From Chthonomonas sp. (GTDB lineage: Bacteria; Armatimonadota; Fimbriimonadia; Fimbriimonadales; Fimbriimonadaceae), in the NCBI GenBank assembly GCA_040383535.1, contig JBEIDH010000011.1:421-64420 (forward strand): DNA of 64,000 nucleotides, read 5' to 3'. This document shows, piece after piece, positions 1 to 8,392 of the stretch. How positions within the stretch are numbered: position 1 is the stretch's first letter; every line of letters starts with the position of its first letter. The translations under genes and the position numbers were made by a program. Below the pieces are notes generated by a model, which saw only the letters and a list, made by a program, of their open reading frames with translations, was not told the DNA's origin and made no database searches.

Positions 1-2
1 AC

Positions 3-1004
3 ATGGCAACCACAGCAGATTTAAAGAAAAACCTCCTCACCGGCCTGAAGGAAGCAATCGCAGAAGAAATGGCCGCAAATCCAAACATGATTTGTTTGGG
101 TGAAGACATCGGAATTTTGGGCGGCGCATTTGGCGTCACTGAAGGACTCCAAGCCGTTCACGGAAAAGAGCGCGTCATTGACATGCCAATCTCCGAAGCC
201 GCAATTGTCGGCTCTGCAATTGGAATGGCGCTGAACGGCAAGACCTGTATGGTCGAAATGCAGTTTATTGACTTCATTTCCTGCGGATTTGACCAAATCG
301 TCAATAACATGGCGACCTACCACTACCGCACCGCGGGCGAAGTCGCGATGCCAATCGTTGTTCGCGGTCCTGCTGGTGCGTATGGCGGCGGTGCGTTGTA
401 TCACAGCCAAATGAACGAGGCTTGGTTCCTCAATGCACCTGGGATCAAGGTCATCTGCCCTTCGACTCCTTATGATGCGAAAGGTTTGATGAAGGCGGCT
501 CTACGCGATCCGAACCCCGTGATCGTGTACGAGATGAAGAATCTCTACCGACAGCCGCACATCGCCGAAGAACTGCCGACCGAAGATTACATTGTCCCAC
601 TAGGGAAAGCCCGCATCGCTCGCGCTGGTACGGATATCACAATCGCGACTTATGGTCAGAACGTCTATCATTGCCTCGACGCCGCCAAGCTTCTCGAAGC
701 TCAAGGGATCAACGCGGAAGTCATCGATCTGCGTTCCCTGAACCCGCTCGACGAAGACGCCCTGGTTGCTTCCGTTGCGAAGACGAACCGATTCTTGGTC
801 GTCAACGAAGCACCAAAGACCTGCGGATTCGCCGGGGAGATTGTAGCGCGAATCAACGAACTCGCCTTCGAATACCTAGACGCCCCAGCCCTGCGCCTTA
901 CCCGAATGGACACCCCAGTGCCATGGGCCAAGCCGCTAGAAACCTTTGTGCTTCCACAAGTCGAAGAAATCGCCGAAATGGCGCAGAAGCTTGTGAAGTA
1001 TTGA
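3..1004 (+). CDS. 2-oxoacid (pyruvate/branched-chain) dehydrogenase E1 component, beta subunit
   Basis: 333-aa ORF from ATG at 3. Transketolase-like beta-subunit motifs (GEDIGILGGAFGVTEGL, MPISEAAIVG, KVICPSTPYDAKGL). E1 alpha is presumably upstream, off-window. Confidence 0.9.
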   Translation: MATTADLKKNLLTGLKEAIAEEMAANPNMICLGEDIGILGGAFGVTEGLQAVHGKERVIDMPISEAAIVGSAIGMALNGKTCMVEMQFIDFISCGFDQIVNNMATYHYRTAGEVAMPIVVRGPAGAYGGGALYHSQMNEAWFLNAPGIKVICPSTPYDAKGLMKAALRDPNPVIVYEMKNLYRQPHIAEELPTEDYIVPLGKARIARAGTDITIATYGQNVYHCLDAAKLLEAQGINAEVIDLRSLNPLDEDALVASVAKTNRFLVVNEAPKTCGFAGEIVARINELAFEYLDAPALRLTRMDTPVPWAKPLETFVLPQVEEIAEMAQKLVKY

Positions 1005-1029
1005 GGCGAAGCTTATTCAGGAATATCAC

Positions 1030-1064
1030 GGAGTTGCCTCGCAAGATGCGGCTCCTTTTCATTT
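1030..1064 (+). terminator. putative intrinsic terminator after E1 beta
   Basis: ggagttgc/gcggctcc stem (8 bp including two G-U pairs), 10-nt loop, then ttttcatttc. Lies 26 nt after the TGA stop. Confidence 0.4.
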
Positions 1065-1130
1065 CGCCCTGACCGGTAAAATGGTCGGGAGGATTCGGCG
1101 GATTATTCCAACAATTTGAGAGTGTAGGCC

Positions 1131-2087
1131 ATGAAGATTTCTGCCATCGCGTGTAACTATAACGGAGCTGAGTTCATTGCCGATGCGGTGGAGAGCGTGC
1201 TGGCAAACCAGGATCCTGACCTGGAAGTCATCGTGGTGGACGACGGCTCGACTGACGCCTCGCGCGAGATCCTGGCACAGTACCAGAACAACCCAAAGGT
1301 CAAGCTCGTTTTTCAGGATAATCTCGGCCAGGCAGGAGCCTTTAACGCCGGAATCAATGCCGCGCAGGGCGACACCCTTTGCATCTTTGACGGCGATGAT
1401 TTCTGGTTCCCGCACAAGGCGCGCACCATTCGCGAAGGAATCAAAACCCTCGGCCTTGGCAACGAACCTTGGCTCATCCGGCATCCTCTGCTTAGCCTCT
1501 ATGAGCACGAGCGGACCGTTGTCCCACGCGGCCGCATGACTTACGACACTCCAACCGGCCCAAAGCCCATTGATCTGGGGGATATAAAGCAAACCTTGTC
1601 CCCAAAAGAGGTCCACGAGTTCATAGCATCCGATGGATTCGGAATCTACGGCGGCGGAAACTTTGGTGGTAGTAGCGCCATGAGCCGCGCGATGGCGGAG
1701 AAGGTTTTCCCACTCCCGATCCTGAGTAAGTTTTACGGAGACATGATGCCGCTTTACGCCGGGCCGATTGTCGGCAATTTCTATATTCTCGCCAGAGATT
1801 TGGGTGCCTACCGATTCCATGGCTCCAATCACTCCCTGACCCGAAAACTCGAGCCTCTTGAATTTTGGGACGGAATGTCGGAGTATCTCAACCGGATTTT
1901 GCAAACAGAAGGAATCCCGGTGACCGCCGACTACAAGCGAAGCCGCCGCGCACGCCCGTACCTCATCGCAGAAGGTAGATCCTCCGAAGCACTGGAACAC
2001 GCGAAGAGGTTATACAAGCAGGACAAGCGGTTGATCGAGCTCGTCAAAACCCACATCCTCATCGCAAAATCAAAAACGAGGCGCTGA
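1131..2087 (+). CDS. family 2 glycosyltransferase
   Basis: N-terminal GT2 signature: ISAIACNYNGAEFIADAVESVLANQ...EVIVVDDGSTD...FDGDD. Confidence 0.85.
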   Translation: MKISAIACNYNGAEFIADAVESVLANQDPDLEVIVVDDGSTDASREILAQYQNNPKVKLVFQDNLGQAGAFNAGINAAQGDTLCIFDGDDFWFPHKARTIREGIKTLGLGNEPWLIRHPLLSLYEHERTVVPRGRMTYDTPTGPKPIDLGDIKQTLSPKEVHEFIASDGFGIYGGGNFGGSSAMSRAMAEKVFPLPILSKFYGDMMPLYAGPIVGNFYILARDLGAYRFHGSNHSLTRKLEPLEFWDGMSEYLNRILQTEGIPVTADYKRSRRARPYLIAEGRSSEALEHAKRLYKQDKRLIELVKTHILIAKSKTRR

Positions 2088-2106
2088 TCTTTGCTGGAGA
2101 AACGAT

Positions 2107-2147
2107 TAGGCTCGGCTCCATGTGGAGCCGAGCCTATCTATTTGTGT
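2107..2147. terminator. bidirectional intrinsic terminator between convergent GT2 and tig
   Basis: Perfect 13-bp stem taggctcggctcc/ggagccgagccta with 4-nt loop. T-rich on the + side (tctatttgtgt) and weaker on the - side. Confidence 0.6.
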
Positions 2148-2159
2148 ATCGAGAAGCCC

Positions 2160-3449
2160 TTAGGCCTCGACGACTTTCGCGTTTTCGTTCAGGAAGTTCA
2201 TCACCTTGGCGTAGACCGAGCGGACTTCGAGTTCGTAGAAGCCGCCGCGATTCTTCTTGAATGCTTCGAGAAGTTGTTGCGGGTGAACGCCGTACTCCAT
2301 TGCCATTTGCATCAAGGTATCGTTCAAATCTTGATTGCTTAGTTTCAGATTTTCCTTCTTGAAGATTGTGTTGGCGATCACGGCGCGTTGGACTTGTGTT
2401 TTTGCTTCCGACTGCCACTTCGCGATGAATTCTTCGACCGTAACGCCAGCTTCCTTGGCGACATCCTCAAAGGACTTGCCCATCTGTTGAGCCTTTTCGG
2501 ATTCTTCTCGAAGGCGTTGGTTGGCAACGGCTTCCCACATGGTGTCAGGGACGTGAACGGTGCTACCGGAGAGAATCTTTTCTTGGATCGCTTCGTTGAT
2601 GAACTCCATGCTGACGGACTTCTTGGCTTCTTCCAATCGAGATCGGAGCTTGCCCTTCAGCTCTTCTAGTGATTCCGCGCTGATATCCTTGCCAGCGTTC
2701 TTGGCAAACTCGTCATCCAGATCGGGGGTCTTAACAGAGGAAACCGATCGGATCGTGATTTGCGCCTTGTGCTTCTTGCCGGCCCAATCCTTCTCTTGAA
2801 AATTCTTCGGGAAGCTGAGTTCGACCACCTTTAGGTCCTCAACGGACATCCCAAGAATTGCTTCGTCCAGCCCCTTGAAGTTCTCTCCAGCCACAGACAT
2901 AAAGTTCTTGCCTTCGCCTTCGATTCCGTCTGGCTTAATGTTCACAACGACCATATCGCCCTCGTGAATTCCGCGATCGGTGACAGCTTCTCGCTTGCCG
3001 TTGCGCTTGCGAAGTTCGTCGAGTTGCTTTTCGACTTCCGCATCAGAAACTTCGATCTTTGGAACGGTGACTTCAACGCCCTTATATTCGCCAAGCTCAA
3101 CCTTTGGTTCAAGTGGAACCTTTGCGATGAACTCGCACTTGCCTTCGACTTCATCAAGGGAAGAAACTTCCACTGACGGTCGGTCGTGGGGTTGGATCTT
3201 TTCTTGCTTAAGAGCTTCGTTCATTGCCTTACCGATGATTTCTTCAGCGGCGGCATTGCCCAGCTCGTTCGGGTCAACCATTTGCGCGACCATATTCTTT
3301 GGCGCGTGTCCTGGGCGGAAACCTGGGACTTTCAATTGCAAGGCAAAGCCCTTATAAGCTTTATCAAAGCCGGCTTTCACCTGGTCCTGGGAGCAGGAAA
3401 CGCTCAACTTAATCGTGCAAGGATTCAAATCCTCGCGCTGCACTTGCAT
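2160..3449 (-). CDS. tig: trigger factor (ribosome-associated PPIase chaperone)
   Basis: Full-length similarity pattern to Tig (MQVQREDL...KVPGFRPGHAPK...). The ORF track opens at 3584 (TTG), but the conserved N-terminus MQV.. aligns to the ATG at 3449. Alternative ATG at 3461. Confidence 0.9.
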   Translation of the reverse strand: MQVQREDLNPCTIKLSVSCSQDQVKAGFDKAYKGFALQLKVPGFRPGHAPKNMVAQMVDPNELGNAAAEEIIGKAMNEALKQEKIQPHDRPSVEVSSLDEVEGKCEFIAKVPLEPKVELGEYKGVEVTVPKIEVSDAEVEKQLDELRKRNGKREAVTDRGIHEGDMVVVNIKPDGIEGEGKNFMSVAGENFKGLDEAILGMSVEDLKVVELSFPKNFQEKDWAGKKHKAQITIRSVSSVKTPDLDDEFAKNAGKDISAESLEELKGKLRSRLEEAKKSVSMEFINEAIQEKILSGSTVHVPDTMWEAVANQRLREESEKAQQMGKSFEDVAKEAGVTVEEFIAKWQSEAKTQVQRAVIANTIFKKENLKLSNQDLNDTLMQMAMEYGVHPQQLLEAFKKNRGGFYELEVRSVYAKVMNFLNENAKVVEA

Positions 3450-3905
3450 GGTTGTGGACATAAGCAATCTGTTTTCTGAGACGGAAGAACCGTCGGGAGA
3501 GCTAGCGTTGGGCACGAACGCGCCGCAAATGCCGCTGGCTTGAATCTCCGATTGTACCCGCTCGGCGTTGATATCGTCGTTCAATTCGCGCTGATATCCT
3601 CAATCCTCGTACTCCATTCCGCGTGATCAAAGAGAAACTTTGCTAAGCGCATCGATGACGCCCGGTGATCTTTCCGTACAACTCCTACCAAAATCGGCGA
3701 CTCCGACCGCTACGCTGACAAGACGAACCTGAAAGTAGCTCGATCCAATACGACGCTCGGCTGAGATTTGCAAATCATCCCATAAACCGTAGTTTGAAAA
3801 CTGAACAAATGTAAATAAAAATGACGGCCTATTTCATTGCAAGAACTCAAGGCCGAGAACGCACTGACCAAAAGGTTAAGTGTACCACACTTTCTGTAAA
3901 TAGTG

Positions 3906-3911
3906 TATAAT
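3906..3911 (+). promoter_or_regulatory. candidate -10 box (TATAAT) 6 nt upstream of the HD-gene ATG, possible leaderless transcript
   Basis: Exact TATAAT at 3906..3911 and ATG at 3918. No Shine-Dalgarno sequence fits in between. No convincing -35 seen. Confidence 0.3.
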
Positions 3912-3917
3912 AATCAT

Positions 3918-4520
3918 ATGATCAATAAAGGAAAAGACAATAGTCGCTTCATCGAAGCCGTTGCATTTGCAGCCGATACACACGCAGAGGATTTCAGAAA
4001 GGGAACCACCATCCCCTATCTGTCGCACCTTTTGCAAGTTGCGGGGCTTGCTTATGAATTTGGGGCGAACGAGGATGAAGCAATCGGCGCGCTTCTTCAC
4101 GACGCGGCCGAGGATGCCGGAGGCGAGGCGATGCTTCAGCAAATCAACTCTAGATTCGGCCCCATCGTCGCCGGAATCGTCCGCGAGAACAGCGATTCTC
4201 TTGCAGAAATTGGTGCCGAGAAAGCCCCGTGGAAGCAAAGAAAGATTGACTACCTTAAGGGAATCGAAACAAAGTCAAAATCTGCGCTTCTGGTTTCGTT
4301 AAGCGATAAGGTTCACAACACAAGAGCCCTCATTGCAGATACCAGAAATGTCGGCGAAAGTCACTGGAAAAGATTCAATGCCGAAAAGAGCGAACTCCTT
4401 TGGTATTATCAGTCCTTAGCAGAGTCTTTTGAGGCAAGAAAGGAAGATTATCCGGAACTTAAACCTGCCATTGCAGAGCTTTCGTTCGCCGTAAAGACTC
4501 TTCATTCCTTAGCTGCATAA
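3918..4520 (+). CDS. HD-domain metal-dependent phosphohydrolase, (p)ppGpp-hydrolase-like
   Basis: Motifs AFAADTHAEDFRKGTTIPYLSHLLQVA and ALLHDAAEDAGG (HD motif). Start taken at ATG 3918; the track start is GTG 3903. Confidence 0.75.
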   Translation: MINKGKDNSRFIEAVAFAADTHAEDFRKGTTIPYLSHLLQVAGLAYEFGANEDEAIGALLHDAAEDAGGEAMLQQINSRFGPIVAGIVRENSDSLAEIGAEKAPWKQRKIDYLKGIETKSKSALLVSLSDKVHNTRALIADTRNVGESHWKRFNAEKSELLWYYQSLAESFEARKEDYPELKPAIAELSFAVKTLHSLAA

Positions 4521-4546
4521 GCCCTGGAAAGGAACGAAAAAATTCA

Positions 4547-4575
4547 AGCCTGGATGTCTCTCATCCGGGCTTTTC
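4547..4575 (+). terminator. intrinsic terminator after HD gene
   Basis: 10-bp stem agcctggatg/catccgggct (one G-U), 5-nt loop, followed by tttt. Confidence 0.5.
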
Positions 4576-4794
4576 ACGACCAACCCAATCAGAAACGTCT
4601 CCAATTTTTCAAAAACAACTGAGATGAGAACACGCCGTAGGGCTGTTTCTTCCAGGGGCGAGGTAGGCGGAGCACCAATCTCAACCTTGAGACCGGGCGG
4701 TTTGTTTGCTCGGTTATACGGCATCCAAGGCGATCATATAATTCTCACCGCTTTTTCGAGACACTTCGATTCTACGGTCGGTATCCTATAGAGT

Positions 4795-5259
4795 ATGAGT
4801 CAAATTCATGAATATCCGATCACTGTGAACTACGCGGGCGGCCGAACTGGGTCCGGTCACGTTGTCGCTGAACGCACCGACGTGACTAACGCTCTCGTCG
4901 TTCCACCCGAATTCGGTGGAACCGGAACCGCATCTGGCACCAATCCCGAAGAATTGCTTACCGCCGCGATAACGGGTTGCTATTCGATCACCTTTAGCAT
5001 CGTCGCTGACGCGCGCAAGCTCCCCGTGGTGAATATCGAAACCAAAGCCGTCGGGGAAGTAGAGCAACCGAACGCCGCGACGTTCATCTATAAGAAAGTG
5101 ACACTAAAGCCAACGATCACGATGACCGCCGATGCGACCGATGATCAAATGAAGGTTGCCGAAGAGATGGCGCACAAGGCGGATGCTTACTGCATTGTCA
5201 CAAATGCCGTGCGCGGGAAGGTCGAAATCGTCGTCGAGCCAACCGTGGTTCGCGCATAA
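4795..5259 (+). CDS. OsmC/Ohr family peroxiredoxin-like protein
   Basis: OsmC-type pattern PPEFGGTG...NPEELLTAAITGCYSITF...AHKADAYCIVTNAV, with two conserved Cys. Confidence 0.8.
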   Translation: MSQIHEYPITVNYAGGRTGSGHVVAERTDVTNALVVPPEFGGTGTASGTNPEELLTAAITGCYSITFSIVADARKLPVVNIETKAVGEVEQPNAATFIYKKVTLKPTITMTADATDDQMKVAEEMAHKADAYCIVTNAVRGKVEIVVEPTVVRA

Positions 5260-5277
5260 GGGCTAAACTGGGGCATC

Positions 5278-6099
5278 ATGGCACGCACTTTAATGGTCGC
5301 TGGAAATTGGAAAATGAACCTGACGCATGCTTCGGGCACTGCGCTTGTGGAGGGATTCCTCGCTCAAGTCGCGGTTCGCAAGGACGTGGACGTTGTCATC
5401 TGCCCCGCCTTTACCATGCTCGCAAAGATCCGCGATGAGGTGAAAAATACTCACATCCGGGTCGGCGCGCAAGACGTTTTTTGGAAAGAATCGGGCGCAT
5501 TTACTTCCCACATTTCTCCTGAGCAACTCACCGAAGTCGGTGTGTCCCACTGCATCGTTGGGCATAGCGAAACCCGGGGACGATTTGGCGTATTGGAAGT
5601 CCCGGAAAGCACAATCGGGTTCTTCGCCGAAACCGACGAGACGGTTAACCTCAAAATCAAAGCACTTTTGTACCATTCCATCACGCCGATTCTCTGCGTG
5701 GGTGAAACTTTGGAAGAAAGGGAAGCCGGCAAGACCGAAGAAGTCATCTCGGCTCAACTCAAAGGGGCGTTTGAGGGTATTGATGCGGCAGAATTGTTCT
5801 TCAGCGTAGTTGCTTATGAACCTGTTTGGGCGATTGGGACCGGGAAAACCTGCGCCGCTGATGAAGCCGAACGGATTTGTGGCTTCATCCGTGAATGGTT
5901 TAACACTGCCTATGGCGATCCTGATCTTGCCGAGAATGTTCGCGTTCTATACGGGGGAAGCGTGAAAGCCGCCAACGCCAACGAGCTGTTCCGCAAGCCG
6001 AATATTGATGGTGGGTTGGTCGGTGGCGCCAGCATGATCCCAGCAGAGTTCATCAACATCGTGGCGAGCGCCGCCCATGCTGTCGGAGCTTCCGCTTAG
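5278..6099 (+). CDS. tpiA: triosephosphate isomerase
   Basis: Motifs AGNWKMN, VGHSETR, AYEPVWAIGTGKT, YGGSVK. Confidence 0.95.
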   Translation: MARTLMVAGNWKMNLTHASGTALVEGFLAQVAVRKDVDVVICPAFTMLAKIRDEVKNTHIRVGAQDVFWKESGAFTSHISPEQLTEVGVSHCIVGHSETRGRFGVLEVPESTIGFFAETDETVNLKIKALLYHSITPILCVGETLEEREAGKTEEVISAQLKGAFEGIDAAELFFSVVAYEPVWAIGTGKTCAADEAERICGFIREWFNTAYGDPDLAENVRVLYGGSVKAANANELFRKPNIDGGLVGGASMIPAEFINIVASAAHAVGASA

Positions 6100-6102
6100 G
6101 CC

Positions 6103-6636
6103 GTGAGCGTCGGCAAAACCGTTACCGAAACGCGCACCAAGCTTGCGCAAATCATGACCCCGAACGACGCTAACGTCCTCGGGAAGGTCTTTGGCGGCTC
6201 GATTCTCGCAATGATTGACCTTACCGCTAGCGCGACATCCCAAAAGTTTGCTGGCACGATCTGTGTCACTGCCGCTTTTGACCGTGTGGACTTCCATGAG
6301 CCCATCGAGGTGGGAAATTTGGTCAGCATGGTGGGGACGGTGACTTTTGCGGGGCGGACTTCGATGGAAATCACAATTGATGTCAGCGCCACCGACCTCG
6401 TAGCGGGCACGACAAGGCAGAGCAACACCGCCCGCGTGACGATGGTCGCCATTAAGGACGGCAAGCCACACCCGGTTCCGAAGCTGATTTACGAGAGCCG
6501 GGAAGAAAAAATCAACGCCATTGTTGCCCGCGAGCGCCGATCACGAAGAAATCTCCACCTGGAGGAAATCGCGAAGATCCGCGCCCACTGGGAAACCGTC
6601 TCCGATCAAGACCTGATCAAAGCCATCGAGGGATAA
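6103..6636 (+). CDS. acyl-CoA thioesterase (hotdog fold, YciA-like)
   Basis: TPNDANVLGKVFGGSILAMIDLTA...AAFDRVDFHEPIEVGNLV...GRTSMEI. GTG start 3 nt after the tpiA stop. Confidence 0.8.
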   Translation: MSVGKTVTETRTKLAQIMTPNDANVLGKVFGGSILAMIDLTASATSQKFAGTICVTAAFDRVDFHEPIEVGNLVSMVGTVTFAGRTSMEITIDVSATDLVAGTTRQSNTARVTMVAIKDGKPHPVPKLIYESREEKINAIVARERRSRRNLHLEEIAKIRAHWETVSDQDLIKAIEG

Positions 6637-7260
6637 TTGCCGCAACGCCACGAAGCCGCCGATTTCCTTCGAAAAGTTGAGCCCCGGTTCATTCCCCTGA
6701 TCGAACAGCATGGTGCATTAGGCTTCACCCAAAGCCCGATCACCTTCGACTCCCTCTTCAGCGTTATCAACGGGCAGCAGCTCAGCACCAAGGCGGCAGA
6801 CGCAATCAAGCGCAAGGCAAAGGCGGGCTTCGGACTTAATCCGGACGACCCCGTTCCACCCCAAGCGCTTATCGGTCACACCACAGAATCCCTTCGCGAA
6901 CTTGGAATAAGCCGCCAAAAGGCCGGTTATCTGATGGACCTAGCGACCAAGACAGTTGAAGGGCATATCCACTTCGATAGGTTCACCGACATGCCCGATG
7001 AAGAGATCATGAAGGAGCTCATCCAGGTGAAAGGCATCGGGGAGTGGACGGTGCACATGCTTCTGATGTTCGACCTCGCCAGGCCCGACATCTGGCCCAT
7101 CGGCGACCTGGTGATTATTGACAGCCTGATGAAGCTAGAAAACCTCACCACCCGCCCAAAGCCAAAAGAAGCGCTTGGCATGGCCGACCGATGGAAGCCA
7201 TTCCGTAGCTACGCGAGCCTCTATCTCTGGAAAATGAAAGACTCCCCCTCACCGAGGTAA
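6637..7260 (+). CDS. HhH-GPD DNA-3-methyladenine glycosylase II (AlkA-like)
   Basis: INGQQLSTKAADAI...LGISRQKAGYL...VKGIGEWTVHMLLMF..RPDIWPIGDL. TTG start immediately after the upstream stop. Confidence 0.8.
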   Translation: MPQRHEAADFLRKVEPRFIPLIEQHGALGFTQSPITFDSLFSVINGQQLSTKAADAIKRKAKAGFGLNPDDPVPPQALIGHTTESLRELGISRQKAGYLMDLATKTVEGHIHFDRFTDMPDEEIMKELIQVKGIGEWTVHMLLMFDLARPDIWPIGDLVIIDSLMKLENLTTRPKPKEALGMADRWKPFRSYASLYLWKMKDSPSPR

Positions 7261-7304
7261 TGGGGAGCCCACCACTATCCAATTCCCGAAAGATTAGGCC
7301 GCGT

Positions 7305-7384
7305 GACCGCCCCCTAACCCCCCTTCCTTGACCTTGGAATCGACGGGATATTCCCGTCCAAGTGGGTCAAAGAGGAGGACTTTC
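7305..7384 (+). repeat. palindromic G/C-tract repeat unit, copy A
   Basis: Left arm gaccgccccctaaccccccttccttgacc, a 30-nt core that is itself a hairpin (gacggga-tat-tcccgtc), right arm gggtcaaagaggaggactttc. The arms match the copies at 57.7-57.9 kb. Confidence 0.8.
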
Positions 7385-7408
7385 TTCGGGATTTGAGAAA
7401 AGAACGTA

Positions 7409-7441
7409 CAAAAAAGCCTCCGATCCGGGGGGATCGGAGGC
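7409..7441 (-). terminator. intrinsic terminator of the atp operon (after atpG)
   Basis: Perfect 11-bp stem gcctccgatcc/ggatcggaggc with 4-nt loop, followed on the minus strand by tttttt. Lies 14 nt after the atpG stop. Confidence 0.85.
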
Positions 7442-7454
7442 TGGGGATCTGAGC

Positions 7455-8321
7455 TTAGCTCTTGAGGGCTTCGGCGCCGCCGACGACTTCGAGAATTTCC
7501 TTGGTGATCGACGCTTGTCGCTCTCGGTTTGCCTTGAGCGTGAGTTCGTTGATCATCTTTCCGGCGTTGTCGGTCGCGCTGGTCATCGCGGTCATTCGGG
7601 AGCCGTGCTCGGATGCCGTGCTTTCCAGAAGGAATTGGAAGATCTGATTCATCAGGTACTTCGGCAGGAGCGTGGCGAGCAGGGAAGTCGCGTCGGGTTC
7701 AAAGACGTAGTTCTTTGCGTTCCCGGCGGTTGCGTTGTCGTCCGTTGCCGGTGGCTCGATCGGGAGAACCTGCACGATCTGCGGAATCTGGCGGATCGGC
7801 GAATAGAATTTGCTGTAGCAAACCAGAATCCGGTCGTATTCTCCGGATTCAAATTGCTCCCGGGCGTACTTGGTGACGGCGACGGCATCAGCGACACCGG
7901 CTCCGGCGGTCGGGACAGACATCGCGCCAACAATATTGATGCCGCGCTTGCCAAAGAATTGAACGCCCTTTTTCCCGACGCAATAAAGATCCACCGGACG
8001 GCCCATTTCCTTGAACCAATCACTGGCTTTTCGGAGAAGGTTGGTGTTGTACGAACCTGCGAGGCCGCGGTCTGCCGTGATGAGAATGAGGCAGGTCTTG
8101 TCCCCGGAGCGCTGCTCTAGAAGCGGATGGCTCGGCAAATCTCCGCCCGACGATAGGCTCAGCATGAGCTCGCGCATTTTCTCACTGTACGGGCGTGCTT
8201 CGGTCACGCGGTCTTGCGCCTTCTTGAGACGCGCCGCCGCGACAAGCTTCATCGCCTTTGTGATCTGCCGAATGTTTTTCGACGTCTTAATGCGTTGCCG
8301 GATCTGCTTTAGAGTTGCCAT
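7455..8321 (-). CDS. atpG: F0F1 ATP synthase subunit gamma
   Basis: MATLKQIRQRIKTSKNIRQITKAMKLVAAARLKKAQ... and C-terminal ASITKEILEVVGGAEAL. Confidence 0.95.
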   Translation of the reverse strand: MATLKQIRQRIKTSKNIRQITKAMKLVAAARLKKAQDRVTEARPYSEKMRELMLSLSSGGDLPSHPLLEQRSGDKTCLILITADRGLAGSYNTNLLRKASDWFKEMGRPVDLYCVGKKGVQFFGKRGINIVGAMSVPTAGAGVADAVAVTKYAREQFESGEYDRILVCYSKFYSPIRQIPQIVQVLPIEPPATDDNATAGNAKNYVFEPDATSLLATLLPKYLMNQIFQFLLESTASEHGSRMTAMTSATDNAGKMINELTLKANRERQASITKEILEVVGGAEALKS

Positions 8322-8392
8322 TTGTCAGGTCGTTTTTTGGTTGAAAGAGTTTGGATTTTTCCCCGGATGTTTTGGATCCGGGGAGATTTGGT

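Noticed and set aside
3450-3584. N-terminal extension of the tig ORF from a TTG start.
   Set aside because: The conserved trigger-factor N-terminus aligns to the internal MQV.. start, and the extension has no similarity to Tig.
4509-4724. 71-aa minus-strand ORF between the HD and OsmC genes.
   Set aside because: It overlaps the HD gene 3' end and terminator, and has no RBS or recognisable motif.
7311-7320. CCCTAA(C) motif in the repeat arms: a telomere-like unit, or an integron attC inverse-core (RYYYAAC).
   Set aside because: It is a single unit, not a tandem array. There is no matching GTTRRRY core on the other arm, the first base is not a purine, and the window has no integrase.
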